Assembly (NCBI GenBank): GCA_049513715.1
Contig: JBEKVV010000001.1
Location: forward strand, 128,001-192,000
Reading direction: 5' to 3'
From: Candidatus Bathyarchaeia archaeon
GTDB taxonomy: Archaea > Thermoproteota > Bathyarchaeia > 40CM-2-53-6
Length of the DNA stretch: 64,000 nucleotides
In this document: piece after piece, positions 20,039 through 29,339 of the stretch
Layout of the letters: every line of letters starts with the position of its first letter
Numbering within the stretch: the stretch's first letter is position 1
Notes under the pieces: model-generated
Told to the model about the DNA's origin: nothing
Seen by the model: the letters and a program-made list of their open reading frames with translations, nothing else
Database searches by the model: none
Made by a program: the position numbers and the translations under genes

Positions 20039-21889
20039 TCAGCTACCACCCAAATGCTCGTTCTTCGATTGCCTAAGTTTCGCGTTCAGTATGGGAACGA
20101 CTTCGGCATAATCGCCTACAATTCCGTAATCGCAGCTCTTGAAGATGGGCGCGTTCGGGTCGTTGTTGATTCCCACGATCAGTTTTGCTCGGCCAATGCC
20201 TACCATGTGGTTGAATGCACCCCTAATCCCAACCGCGAGGTACAACTTAGGCCCCACAGACCGCCCGGTCAACCCTACTTGAAGTTGACGTGGAAGCCAA
20301 CCTAAGTCGACGACCTTACGTGTTGTGGCTATGGGCGTGTCGAGAATTTCAGCCAACTCGTTGATGACCTTGAAATTCTCGGGCCCTCCGATTCCTGCAC
20401 CGACGGCGACAATCGCGTCGGCGTTGTCCATCCTTAACGCATCGCGGTCGGCCTCGAACCTCTCTTCCACAACTCGCGAGAGCGGTTTGATTCTTGAGGG
20501 GCGGAACTCAACAACCTCGCCCCTTCGGGATGGGTTTTGGATGGTAGGCGTAAGCATACCTGGGCGCACGGTGGCAAGTTGGGGGCTCGTCCTGCTGAGA
20601 ATGGGGGCGACGATATTTCCGCCGAAGGCTGGTTTAAGCTGAACCAATTGTTGCTGCTCATTCAGCTTCAAATCGATGCAATCACTGGTCATCCCAAGGC
20701 CGAGCTTCGCTGCAACCCTCGGCACGAAATCTCTTCCGAACGAAGTTGAGGCGGCCACGACGGCGTACGGCCTGTACTTTTCAATAGTTTCGGCTAAGGC
20801 GTCGGCATATGCGTCGCTGGAGTAAACTGACAGTTGCTCGTGATTTACATTGTAGACCCTGTCAGCGCCATGAGCAATAAGGTCCATCATCTGGGCTTTC
20901 GATGCTACACCTAAGACGACTGCGCAGAGTTCACTCTTCAATTCGGCTGCTAATTCTATGCCTCGCCCCAAAAGCTCGTACGTTACGCTTCTAATTTGCT
21001 TCTGAGCGATTTCCGCGACGACCCAAATCGCTTTACTCCCGGATATAATTCGGTGGGCTTGAGGCTCGATCCCTCTTTCCTCGACATCTTTCCAGCCAGA
21101 AAAAAGCCCGTGGGGCGTGAGTCTCTCGACGAGCCTTGCGACCTTGTCTTCTGTCGTGGAGCCTTCAATGATTTCGCATTTTCTTTTGGTCTCGATGGAG
21201 TAGATTTCGCTGACTGAAGTGGGAGATCCGATGAACCCAAAGAATGATGCGTCCGGGCTTAGTTCAGACGAAGTCATAACCTCGTAGGGTTTCGATTTCG
21301 CGGCTTCTAAATCCTCAGGAGTGGCACGGCTTGGTTTGATCAGTCTTTCCGCAGTTGTTAGCAAAAGAGGGAGTGATGTTTCCACACGTTGAAAACCGTA
21401 ATCCGTTTCAGCTTCAACAATCACCTGGTCCAACGAATCTGGCAATTCCACCTTGGTGGCTGCGCTCACGTGCGGTATTCCCAGGAATTGGGCGACCTCG
21501 GGGCCCACGTGCCCGGTCTCAGCATCAACGCTGTATTTCCCACAGAGAACCAAGTCAAATGGCCTTTCCTTCTCGATGGCCATCGCAAGCGCACGAGAAG
21601 TAGCCAATGTGTCCGATCCAGCAAACGCCCTGTCTAACAAGTGAAGGGCCCTGTCTGCGCCCATCGCAAGCGCTTCCATCAAAGCTTCCTTTGCTTGCGG
21701 CGGACCCATAGTCATGACAACAACCTCCCCGCCGTGTTTCTTCTTAGCTTCAACAGCGAAGGTTATTGCTCGCCTGTCAAACGGGTTGATTTCGTTACGG
21801 ACCCCTTCTCGAATCAGAGTCTTCTTCACGTTGTCAAATCTGAGCTCCGAAACCTCGGGAACCTGTTTGATGCAGACCATAATCTTCAT
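20039..21889 (-). CDS. etfBA: Fused electron transfer flavoprotein beta-alpha
   Basis: Beta part: VCIKQVP, GSDTLATS, GKYSVDAETG. Alpha part: QVGLTG, GIRGAFNHMVG, INNDPNAPIF. Confidence 0.93.
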   Translation of the reverse strand: MKIMVCIKQVPEVSELRFDNVKKTLIREGVRNEINPFDRRAITFAVEAKKKHGGEVVVMTMGPPQAKEALMEALAMGADRALHLLDRAFAGSDTLATSRALAMAIEKERPFDLVLCGKYSVDAETGHVGPEVAQFLGIPHVSAATKVELPDSLDQVIVEAETDYGFQRVETSLPLLLTTAERLIKPSRATPEDLEAAKSKPYEVMTSSELSPDASFFGFIGSPTSVSEIYSIETKRKCEIIEGSTTEDKVARLVERLTPHGLFSGWKDVEERGIEPQAHRIISGSKAIWVVAEIAQKQIRSVTYELLGRGIELAAELKSELCAVVLGVASKAQMMDLIAHGADRVYNVNHEQLSVYSSDAYADALAETIEKYRPYAVVAASTSFGRDFVPRVAAKLGLGMTSDCIDLKLNEQQQLVQLKPAFGGNIVAPILSRTSPQLATVRPGMLTPTIQNPSRRGEVVEFRPSRIKPLSRVVEERFEADRDALRMDNADAIVAVGAGIGGPENFKVINELAEILDTPIATTRKVVDLGWLPRQLQVGLTGRSVGPKLYLAVGIRGAFNHMVGIGRAKLIVGINNDPNAPIFKSCDYGIVGDYAEVVPILNAKLRQSKNEHLGGS

Positions 21890-22053
21890 GGCAGGTTCAA
21901 TCCTACCTGGTTAGTTGTTAAGCCTGCCCTCATTGTGTTGCAGTTTCATGCGGGAGAATCTTGGTAGAAAAGCGGAACATTCTCCAAGTGTTACTTTTGC
22001 TCCAAGCCGTGTTAAATACCCAAAATAGAACACTCGTGCTTGAGGAAACTGCA

Positions 22054-22251
22054 ATGGGGGTCTACTTCCTGAGGGACTTAGGCCAAATCGAGAGAGTCGA
22101 CTTCCAATGTTTGTTTTGTGAGGTCTCTTTGGAGTCGAGGCAGATGCTGAACCGGCATTATCTGGCGGAACATGCGGCGGCATTCACGGAGGAGGAGCTC
22201 ACTCTGGCCCGTTCCAGGCGCGCCCAGCTCTCGGACTCACAATTTCCCTAG
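22054..22251 (+). CDS. Small C2H2 zinc-finger protein
   Basis: FQCLFC-x12-HYLAEH; GAGGA upstream of ATG 22054. Confidence 0.65.
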   Translation: MGVYFLRDLGQIERVDFQCLFCEVSLESRQMLNRHYLAEHAAAFTEEELTLARSRRAQLSDSQFP

Positions 22252-22289
22252 AGCAGGTTCAAGGCTCAATTTACAAGGGTGCTTCTGCG

Positions 22290-22706
22290 TCAGCCGATTT
22301 TTTTACCTGTGTTTGGGCCGTACGTGAGCGACTGAACCTCTTCGATCTTGATGCTGACGACCGCCTTCGGTTTGAAGCCTAAGCTCTCCAGTTGGGTGGC
22401 TGCTTGGCCGAAGAGTGGGCCAAATGTCTCAAGCGTGGCCTTTCCCTTCATCCTGTACCCGATGACCGTTTTCGGGTCGAAGAAGACAACAGTCACATCC
22501 GGGGTCTTCTTGAGCACATCTCCCAACGTTTGCGAAAACACGTCCGTGAACTCCAAATGCTCATCATCCCTTATGCGAAAGTGCTTAGGTGACCCGTTCG
22601 GTGTACCGTCGCTTCGGAGTGAAGCTAGGACGCCGACTGAGCCGCGATACTCTTCATCATTCCGTTCTTTGATGAAACTCTTCACTTCGTCTGTGAGCAC
22701 AACCAT
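22290..22706 (-). CDS. Pyridoxamine 5'-phosphate oxidase-like FMN-binding protein
   Basis: LASLRSDGTPNGSPK, PDVTV, GYRMKGKA split-barrel pattern. Confidence 0.85.
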   Translation of the reverse strand: MVVLTDEVKSFIKERNDEEYRGSVGVLASLRSDGTPNGSPKHFRIRDDEHLEFTDVFSQTLGDVLKKTPDVTVVFFDPKTVIGYRMKGKATLETFGPLFGQAATQLESLGFKPKAVVSIKIEEVQSLTYGPNTGKKIG

Positions 22707-22893
22707 CTACCTCGATTACCGACAAGAAGTTAATGCGGGTAACCGCGGCCGAGCGCGCTTATGAACTTAACGAATTCACTGGTTGAACACTGGTCCTTCA
22801 GTGTACTCTTGATCGCCAGATCTGACCTCAGCAAGTGACTTCAACGCATGTCTTAACCGCAAAGTGAACCACTAGGCGTAATTGGTGAGGCCA

Positions 22894-23037
22894 ATGCACT
22901 GCAGCTATCCAAGCATGTACTACCCACTGTTCGGATACTGGGCGTATCAATACCCATCGTACGGGTATTGTGGTTGCTACAGTTACCCGGCTTACCTCTA
23001 CCCCTGGTTCGGGTACTGTTACCCGTACTGGTGTTGA
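22894..23037 (+). CDS. 47-aa Tyr/Pro/Cys/Trp-rich microprotein (not in ORF track)
   Basis: SD GGTGAGG 3 nt before ATG; MHCSYPSMYYPLFGYWAYQYPSYGYCGCYSYPAYLYPWFGYCYPYWC*. Confidence 0.7.
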   Translation: MHCSYPSMYYPLFGYWAYQYPSYGYCGCYSYPAYLYPWFGYCYPYWC

Positions 23038-23325
23038 CCACACATCGCCCCAGCCACACTCCCCTCTATTTTTGGGAAAAATCCAATAACGCACACATCT
23101 TTCTCATGTGAAATTGCGAGGCGTGAAGTGAAAGAGTGAAGAACGGAATCTACGTTTCCGCACAAATACGCCGCCAACTTCGACCATCAAGCACTGGTCC
23201 TCGGAATAGCCAGAGCATATGCTCAGCGCGGTATCGCTGTGAAATCTGAAACAACCTTTCCCGGAGGAAAACAAGCGGACTTAGGGTTTAATTACGCGTT
23301 ACTTTCTTTCATGAACTAGGTTCTT

Positions 23326-23892
23326 ATGCAACAGCCCGCCACGTTGCAGGCAAAACTTGCGGACAGCATCGGAATCCTGCGGCGAAAGTATCCTTCGTTC
23401 GAGGAGGCTATCAACTCTTATACCAGCCAATATGGCGAGGGCTCGGTGAAGGTTTATGAGCCGTTCAAGATTAGCGACACAATTGACCCGGCCATAATAA
23501 TCCTCGGGCGAACGACTCAGCTTTTCTACAAGAACTCCAAGCGTGAATTGAGCGGGGGCTTGGACTCGGTCATCGTGGAAAGTGGGAATGCATACATACT
23601 CGGAAGGCGGGAACCGCCCGACTCCAAGCTAGTCGTCTGGTCAACTGATGGCGAAGTCGAAATTGCAGAGTACGATATCAGAGCCATGATCATACCGTCA
23701 AGGATTCATGCCGCAATTTTCGGCTTGGAGAACAATGATGTGGTCTTCGCGGACCTCGGGAGTTCCTCAGGCTCGATCCTTGCTGGAGAAACCTCCAAAC
23801 CGAAACCATTCATCTACTTGTACGGCCCGCCGCACATCGACGTGCATCATGTTACGATACCACCAAAGTATGCTTACCCCAAGCGCGCCTGA
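23326..23892 (+). CDS. FHA-domain protein
   Basis: ILGR, SRIHA and FADLGSSSGS match the FHA GR / SxxH / DLxSxNG motifs. Confidence 0.7.
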   Translation: MQQPATLQAKLADSIGILRRKYPSFEEAINSYTSQYGEGSVKVYEPFKISDTIDPAIIILGRTTQLFYKNSKRELSGGLDSVIVESGNAYILGRREPPDSKLVVWSTDGEVEIAEYDIRAMIIPSRIHAAIFGLENNDVVFADLGSSSGSILAGETSKPKPFIYLYGPPHIDVHHVTIPPKYAYPKRA

Positions 23893-23959
23893 CTGCAATT
23901 AACAGGTCAGGCTTTGTAGGGAAAGCCTAATTTTCAGCTTCGGCATGCGATGAAGGTGA

Positions 23960-24060
23960 AGGTACCGGGGGAGCTGGGGTGACCCGGCTGAGAGGACGGC
24001 TAAGGTTGCCGTCGACCCCTGAGAACCTGATCCGGGTAATGCCGGCGTAGGGAGTGTCCA
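23960..24060 (+). ncRNA. TPP riboswitch aptamer
   Basis: GGGGGAGC...GCTGAGA...GACCC...AACCTGATCCGGGTAATGCCGGCGTAGGGAG matches the THI-box consensus; lies upstream of thiT. Confidence 0.95.
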
Positions 24061-24163
24061 AAATGGTAACACGCAAAGGAATCTGTTCCGGGTACGACTC
24101 TGAAAGAGTACAATCCACCGTCCCTGGTAACCTTCTGCAAACCAATGGAGGTGAAATTGGACG

Positions 24164-24685
24164 GTGAAAATTCCAACCAGAATCCTGACAGAAACAATCG
24201 CTATGGTCGCACTGGCAGGGGTTCTTCACTTCATTTCCGGATTCATTCCTTTCTTGGCAATGCCCCAAGGCGGGAGGGTTACTCTTGCTGCCATGGTTCC
24301 AGTTCTGTTCGTTGCCATTAGAAGAGGCCCACGTGTCGGGATTTTGGCAGGTATCGCTTTCGGGTTGGTAGTCCTTGTGCTCGAACCTTTCATTTACCAT
24401 CCGGTCCAAGTCCTACTTGACTACCCACTAGCTTTCGGTGCACTCGGCCTCGCCGGCTTTTTCCGCAAGTTGCCGGTACTTGGGGTCGCAGTCGGAATCA
24501 GCGGTCGATTTATCTGCCATTTTGTCTCAGGGCTCGTCTTCTTTGCATCATATGCACCTGCCGGAATGGATCCTGCGGTGTACTCGGCAATTTACAACGC
24601 TTGGTATCTCATTCCAGAACTGATCATAAGCGCGGCCGTAATATCCGTACTTCAGAAACGGAAGATACTGCAACTCTACATGTAA
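24164..24685 (+). CDS. thiT: ECF-type thiamine transporter S component
   Basis: MPQGG, HPVQVLLDYPLAFG, RFICHFVSG, YSAIYN; SD GGAGGTGA at 24147-24154. Confidence 0.93.
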   Translation: MKIPTRILTETIAMVALAGVLHFISGFIPFLAMPQGGRVTLAAMVPVLFVAIRRGPRVGILAGIAFGLVVLVLEPFIYHPVQVLLDYPLAFGALGLAGFFRKLPVLGVAVGISGRFICHFVSGLVFFASYAPAGMDPAVYSAIYNAWYLIPELIISAAVISVLQKRKILQLYM

Positions 24686-24795
24686 AGCGGGCTTGAGGAA
24701 TCTCAGCCCGCTTCTCTCTCCCACCTTTGATGAATGTTGTTCAATGGCTTATTTGATACGTTAATGGATTGATGAAAGTGAACGGGGCTCTGAGA

Positions 24796-25857
24796 ATGGG
24801 CGAAAAACAGAAATTCGGTAAGCCTAGTCGCGACTACTTGCGTAACGTGATTTTTCGGCGACTCGGAGCCCGACGAAGAGACATAATTGTCGGCCCAAGG
24901 TTCGGGGTCGACAACGCCGTTCTGAGAATTGCGCGGGGTAAGGTGCTGGTTGCAACCACTGATCCCGTCTCCTTCATACCGGGCCTGCGCGCGCAGGAAT
25001 CTGCTTGGCTCTCTGTGAACCTGATCGCTTCGGACTTGACTACAAGTGGATTCGCGCCGCAGTTCGGGATCTTTGATTTCAACCTTCCACCGCAAATGAC
25101 GGATGTTGCCTTCGAGTCTTACTGGAAGGCGCTTCACACAGAATGCGTCCGCTTAGGCGTGGCAATTGTGGGAGGGCATACTGGTCGATATCCTGGGTGT
25201 GATTATTCCGTAATCGGAGGCGGGGTCTTGTATGCCATGGGCCCGGAAACATGTTACCTAACCTCGGCTATGGCGCGACCGGGGGACGATATTGTTCTCA
25301 CGAAAGGAGTGGCCGTCGAGACAACCGCGGTGCTTGCGTCCGCTTTCCCTAAGACTGTCAGAAAGGCGATTGGCCCAACATTATTTCAGAACGCTCGCCG
25401 ATACTTGAGGAAGGTCAGCACCGTGAAGGACGCGCTAACTGCGGCATCGATTGGGGTTCATGGAGATGGTGTGACTGCGATGCACGATGCGACCGAAGGA
25501 GGAGTGGTTGCGGCCGTCGTTGAACTGGTAACCGCATCCAATCTAGGTGCGGAGCTCGATTTCTCTAGCGTTTCAATTTCACCCGAAACAGATGAGTTGT
25601 GTAGGTTCTTTCAGATCGACCCTTGGGCGTCACTAAGCGAGGGCAGCCTCATCATAGCATGCGGCCCCAGTAAGACCAATCGACTCCTCAACAAATTGCG
25701 CACGAAAGGGATAGGCTCAGACGTTATCGGGCACACGACATCGAGAGGTAAGTCCGTATTTGCTGCAACAGGAAAGCGGCGCAGCCGTGTCCTGTATCCC
25801 AGAGCTGACCCGTACTGGAAAGTGTACTGGAAGGGGATCGAGAAGGGGTGGCAATGA
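24796..25857 (+). CDS. AIR synthase-related (PurM/HypE/ThiL superfamily) protein
   Basis: GVDNAV, TTDP, VGGHTG, ARPGD, MHDATEGG, SEGSL. Confidence 0.88.
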   Translation: MGEKQKFGKPSRDYLRNVIFRRLGARRRDIIVGPRFGVDNAVLRIARGKVLVATTDPVSFIPGLRAQESAWLSVNLIASDLTTSGFAPQFGIFDFNLPPQMTDVAFESYWKALHTECVRLGVAIVGGHTGRYPGCDYSVIGGGVLYAMGPETCYLTSAMARPGDDIVLTKGVAVETTAVLASAFPKTVRKAIGPTLFQNARRYLRKVSTVKDALTAASIGVHGDGVTAMHDATEGGVVAAVVELVTASNLGAELDFSSVSISPETDELCRFFQIDPWASLSEGSLIIACGPSKTNRLLNKLRTKGIGSDVIGHTTSRGKSVFAATGKRRSRVLYPRADPYWKVYWKGIEKGWQ

Positions 25858-25876
25858 ACCCCAGCAGTCTTCCTTA

Positions 25877-26167
25877 CTAATCGTTTGACCTGAAATTCAG
25901 ATAGCCAATTTTGCCGATGCAGTTTCTGCACCAGAACTGGTTCCGCTCTGGTGAATATTCTGCGTACGCATCGACGACAACATTTCCACAACTCCAGCAA
26001 CGGAGGAGAAGCATCCGCTTCATTCTGTGGAACTTGAGCTCCTTCTGGTGTTCTTGCCAGGCGGTGTCCCCGTACTCGCAGACGGAGTTGCAGATCTCGC
26101 AGAAGTAGAAACTACCCATTACCGCCAGTTCGCGGGACTGGAATGCAAGGTCAGGAGATTGTGACAT
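25877..26167 (-). CDS. Small Cys-rich zinc-binding protein
   Basis: CEIC...H...H, CWSC and CRNC motifs. Confidence 0.6.
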   Translation of the reverse strand: MSQSPDLAFQSRELAVMGSFYFCEICNSVCEYGDTAWQEHQKELKFHRMKRMLLLRCWSCGNVVVDAYAEYSPERNQFWCRNCIGKIGYLNFRSND

Positions 26168-26261
26168 GTGTTATCAACTGGAGATGCGATTTCCGAGCAC
26201 TGGAATGGCGGTCGTAAATATGCTTTCGGTTTAACCTATGAAATACGCCTCATGCAGTCCC

Positions 26262-27149
26262 TTAGGCTGGCTTGCAAAAGTCCAACAAGTACTCAAATGT
26301 AGTTCCCATTGTTATGTAATTTGAAGGCCACCCGAAGATTCCAACGCGGTTGACAATGTTCGTTCTATCCCAAATTATCGTGTTCCGAAACTCATAACCC
26401 GCTTCGGTCAAAGCTCGATGAACATGTATGTGAATCGGTATCCTTCGGCCATGCTTTCCGTCCCTCCACCACATGTCTGGGACATTGATGACCGCGTGGC
26501 CTCTCGGTCTCAGAACTGTCAGAAGCTTTTCGTAGATTAAGTGTAATTCCCGAGAATAATCATCGATTGCCAATGTTCCCAAGTCTCTGGGGTCTTGGCT
26601 ATACTGTTCTACGTTCAAGTATTGCTTGTTTTCTCTAAGGTTTCCTCTCCGGCTCTTGTTTAGCCTGGGCCGATTTAGAAGGTTAGCGTAGGGTGGCGAG
26701 GTAAAGATCAAGCTGATGGAATCGGGGGCTAGGCAGTTGAGTATGTTACGTGCGTCATCGCAGACCACAATCTGCCGTGTTTCACGCTTCCCGCTGAGTT
26801 CGTTAAGACGTGCTTTTGCGATTTCACAGTAACCCTCATTGAGGTCAAGCCCCACGGCGTTTCGCTCCAAGTCGCTGCAAGCAATTAACGTCGTTCCGAT
26901 TCCATTGAAGGGGTCCAGCACCAATTCCCCTTTGTGAGTGAAAAGCTCCACGACTCTCTTTGCTAGCGCTATCGGCATTACGGCGGGATGCTTCTCCTTG
27001 TCCCTAACGTCACGTTTTTCGTAGAAGACTCGCCACACGCCAATCTGCGCTTTAATCCAGTCCTTTGCATTCATACAGTTGATGTGCCCGTCCGGGCATT
27101 TGCAGAGCCTGTGGCCGGATATTGAAAGGCGGTTCTCTGATCCCAGCAA
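26262..27149 (-). CDS. N4-C/N6-A DNA methyltransferase (orphan)
   Basis: HPAVMP, motif I VLDPFNGIGTT, then motif IV TSPPY. Confidence 0.88.
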   Translation of the reverse strand: MLGSENRLSISGHRLCKCPDGHINCMNAKDWIKAQIGVWRVFYEKRDVRDKEKHPAVMPIALAKRVVELFTHKGELVLDPFNGIGTTLIACSDLERNAVGLDLNEGYCEIAKARLNELSGKRETRQIVVCDDARNILNCLAPDSISLIFTSPPYANLLNRPRLNKSRRGNLRENKQYLNVEQYSQDPRDLGTLAIDDYSRELHLIYEKLLTVLRPRGHAVINVPDMWWRDGKHGRRIPIHIHVHRALTEAGYEFRNTIIWDRTNIVNRVGIFGWPSNYITMGTTFEYLLDFCKPA

Positions 27150-27617
27150 TCACAATTCACGCATCCCTTGCTGTGCGCTGCCGTTTGCACTCCAAGCGAT
27201 GACTTTGCTTGGTTTGATTTTGATGATGGGGCGTGTTTCCAACCTCATCTTAAGATATTGGCGGTACTTGCATCGCAAAAGCGAGATAGCCCGCGCGTGT
27301 TCTTCGCCTACGCGAATCACCTCTGCGAATCCATGCACGATAACGTAATGTAGCTTGTCCCAGTCTTCAGAGTAGTAATCAGCGATCAAAGAAACCTTGG
27401 GGTTCTCTTCTATGTTCAGAATTCGTCGGAGGCCGCCCGGGTCAGTGCGTTTTGGTTTTTCGTCGATTGGAGTGTATATTATCTCGTTGTCATACGCGAA
27501 ACAAATCGGCACGACGTAAGGTGTGCCCCCCTTTGTTGCGGTCGCAAGGTGAACTATCCTGGACCGCTTCAGTAACTTTCGAGCCCAGGGCTTTTCCACG
27601 TGCGGCGTTCGATGCAA
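27150..27617 (-). CDS. PPOX-class probable F420-dependent oxidoreductase (Rv0121-like)
   Basis: HLAT, VVPICFA, IDEKPK, RRILNIEENP, DYYSEDWDKL. Confidence 0.88.
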   Translation of the reverse strand: MHRTPHVEKPWARKLLKRSRIVHLATATKGGTPYVVPICFAYDNEIIYTPIDEKPKRTDPGGLRRILNIEENPKVSLIADYYSEDWDKLHYVIVHGFAEVIRVGEEHARAISLLRCKYRQYLKMRLETRPIIKIKPSKVIAWSANGSAQQGMREL

Positions 27618-27661
27618 AGCTCTTATTCCCACAGAACTATGACGTTAGATTTGAGTTAACT

Positions 27662-28060
27662 TTGCCTGTTTTCTTTACGCCTGAACAGGCGAGGGAGTTC
27701 CTGCCTGAGGTCCGGCAGACCGTTCAGCGCATAATCGCCATCAAAAAGGAGGCGGACGGCAAAACCGACGATGATGCGATTGCTGAGGCTATGGGACAGC
27801 TCGCGAAAGGAATTCAGAAACTCGAGGAACTCGGATGCGTTCTCAAGGACATGAATAGTGGTTTAATTGACTTCCCGGCCGTGAGGCTTGGAACGCGGGT
27901 TTGGCTTTGTTGGAAACTGGGCGAGGATGATGTGACCTTCTGGCATGAGCTGCACGAGGGGTACGCTGGAAGGAAACTGGTGGACGAGAAAGAATTCTAT
28001 CCTGATGATGTGGCAATCAAATCATTGACGGGTGAGGCTGTCACGAAACCTCACTCGTAG
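27662..28060 (+). CDS. DUF2203 family protein
   Basis: FTPEQAREFLP, KDMNSGLIDFP, LCWKLGE, WH...GYAGR; TTG start. Confidence 0.9.
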   Translation: MPVFFTPEQAREFLPEVRQTVQRIIAIKKEADGKTDDDAIAEAMGQLAKGIQKLEELGCVLKDMNSGLIDFPAVRLGTRVWLCWKLGEDDVTFWHELHEGYAGRKLVDEKEFYPDDVAIKSLTGEAVTKPHS

Positions 28061-28639
28061 GACCTGCAGCTCCTCAAAGAAGAGCGGCCGTTTAGCCACT
28101 GGCGAGAACTCGAATTCCGAATACTCCTGAAGAAGTGACGGAATGTCGTTCACGCTACTCACAAGCATGAGGGCTGTTCCATCCTTTTTCAGATGACTGG
28201 GTAGTTCGAGCAGGAATCTTCGGATTACATCAGCCCCCATGAGGCCTCCATCAATCGCTCGATCTTTCACAGTCACACTGGGAAGATAGGGTGGGTTGAA
28301 CAGCACGAGGTCAAATGATTCACATACATTTGAGAAAAGGTCGGATTTAGTGGTGTCCAAATCAACCCCCAAACTCTTGGCTACCTCACGGGCGTGCTGC
28401 AATGCGATGCCGTCGATGTCAGATAGAGTGACCAAGGCACCTTGTAAGGCGCAGTACAATCCCAATACCCCAGAACCAGTCCCAAGGTCGAGCACGTTCT
28501 TCCCTGCTAGGTTGCCGGTGGGGATGGCGCTTACCATCAGGAAGCTGTCGTCACTTGGTGCATACACTTCTCCGGGTGGGTTACCGATTGCCTGAAGGAC
28601 CCTTTTCAGAATCTCAGATTCTTTTGTGGACTCCTGCAT
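28022..28639 (-). CDS. HemK2/MTQ2-type protein glutamine methyltransferase
   Basis: VYAPSDDSFL, LDLGTGSG, FNPPYLP, FFEEL. Confidence 0.9.
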   Translation of the reverse strand: MQESTKESEILKRVLQAIGNPPGEVYAPSDDSFLMVSAIPTGNLAGKNVLDLGTGSGVLGLYCALQGALVTLSDIDGIALQHAREVAKSLGVDLDTTKSDLFSNVCESFDLVLFNPPYLPSVTVKDRAIDGGLMGADVIRRFLLELPSHLKKDGTALMLVSSVNDIPSLLQEYSEFEFSPVAKRPLFFEELQVLRVRFRDSLTRQ

Positions 28640-28668
28640 GCTCTTCTTCTCTTAGGTCGGCTCTGTAG

Positions 28669-29283
28669 TCATGGTTCTGCCATAAATCGAATGAATTCTT
28701 CTTTGGTTCGCTTTTTCAACGTGTAGTTGTTCGACCGTTCGTAACCTATGGTGGAAGAGGGCTTGTTTCCGTAATCGTGGCCGGGGTATACCTTGACTGA
28801 ATCTGGCAGGGATAGGATTTTGTTGAATAGGCTGTCATACATATCTCCGGCATTTCCGCCGGTGAGATCGGTTCGTCCGCATTCACCCACGAAGAGAATA
28901 TCTCCAGTGAGCAATTTTCCGTTGATGAGGAGGCAGACGTGGTCGGGGCAGTGGCCAGGTGTGTGAAGCACATTGACCTTCAAGGATCCGACATTGAATG
29001 TGTCAGCGTCCTTGACACCAACGTCCTTCGGCACGGGGGATTTCTCGTGTGCAATGACTTTTGCGCCAGTACGCTGTGCTACTACATTGTTTCCTTGAGT
29101 GTGGTCGCTGTGTGAATGGGTGTTGATCACGTAGACGACTTTCAGCCCCAAGTCATCGCACAATTTGAGTAGCTTGTCAACGTCCCACGCGGGGTCTACT
29201 AAGGCCGCATCCTTTGTTTTTTCGTCCCCAATTATGTAAGAGAAGTTTTGGAAGGTGCCAACCGGAACCTGTTTGAATATCAT
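28669..29283 (-). CDS. MBL-fold hydrolase (glyoxalase II / persulfide dioxygenase-like)
   Basis: THSHSDH, HTPGH, TGDILF, CGRTD, PGHDY. Confidence 0.9.
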   Translation of the reverse strand: MIFKQVPVGTFQNFSYIIGDEKTKDAALVDPAWDVDKLLKLCDDLGLKVVYVINTHSHSDHTQGNNVVAQRTGAKVIAHEKSPVPKDVGVKDADTFNVGSLKVNVLHTPGHCPDHVCLLINGKLLTGDILFVGECGRTDLTGGNAGDMYDSLFNKILSLPDSVKVYPGHDYGNKPSSTIGYERSNNYTLKKRTKEEFIRFMAEP

Positions 29284-29339
29284 AGGTGGCTGCTAGGGGA
29301 ATCAGCCAGCTTTAATCGGTTTCGATTGCACCATTCAAT

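Noticed and set aside
22828..23094. Minus-strand 88-aa and 68-aa track ORFs
   Set aside because: They are antisense shadows of the Tyr-rich plus-strand ORF, which has the SD and a 3' element.
23140..23319. Frame reading HQALVLGIARAYAQRGIAVKSETTFPGGKQADL, like the start of a PD-(D/E)xK nuclease
   Set aside because: No start codon and it ends before the catalytic (D/E)xK; at most a relic.
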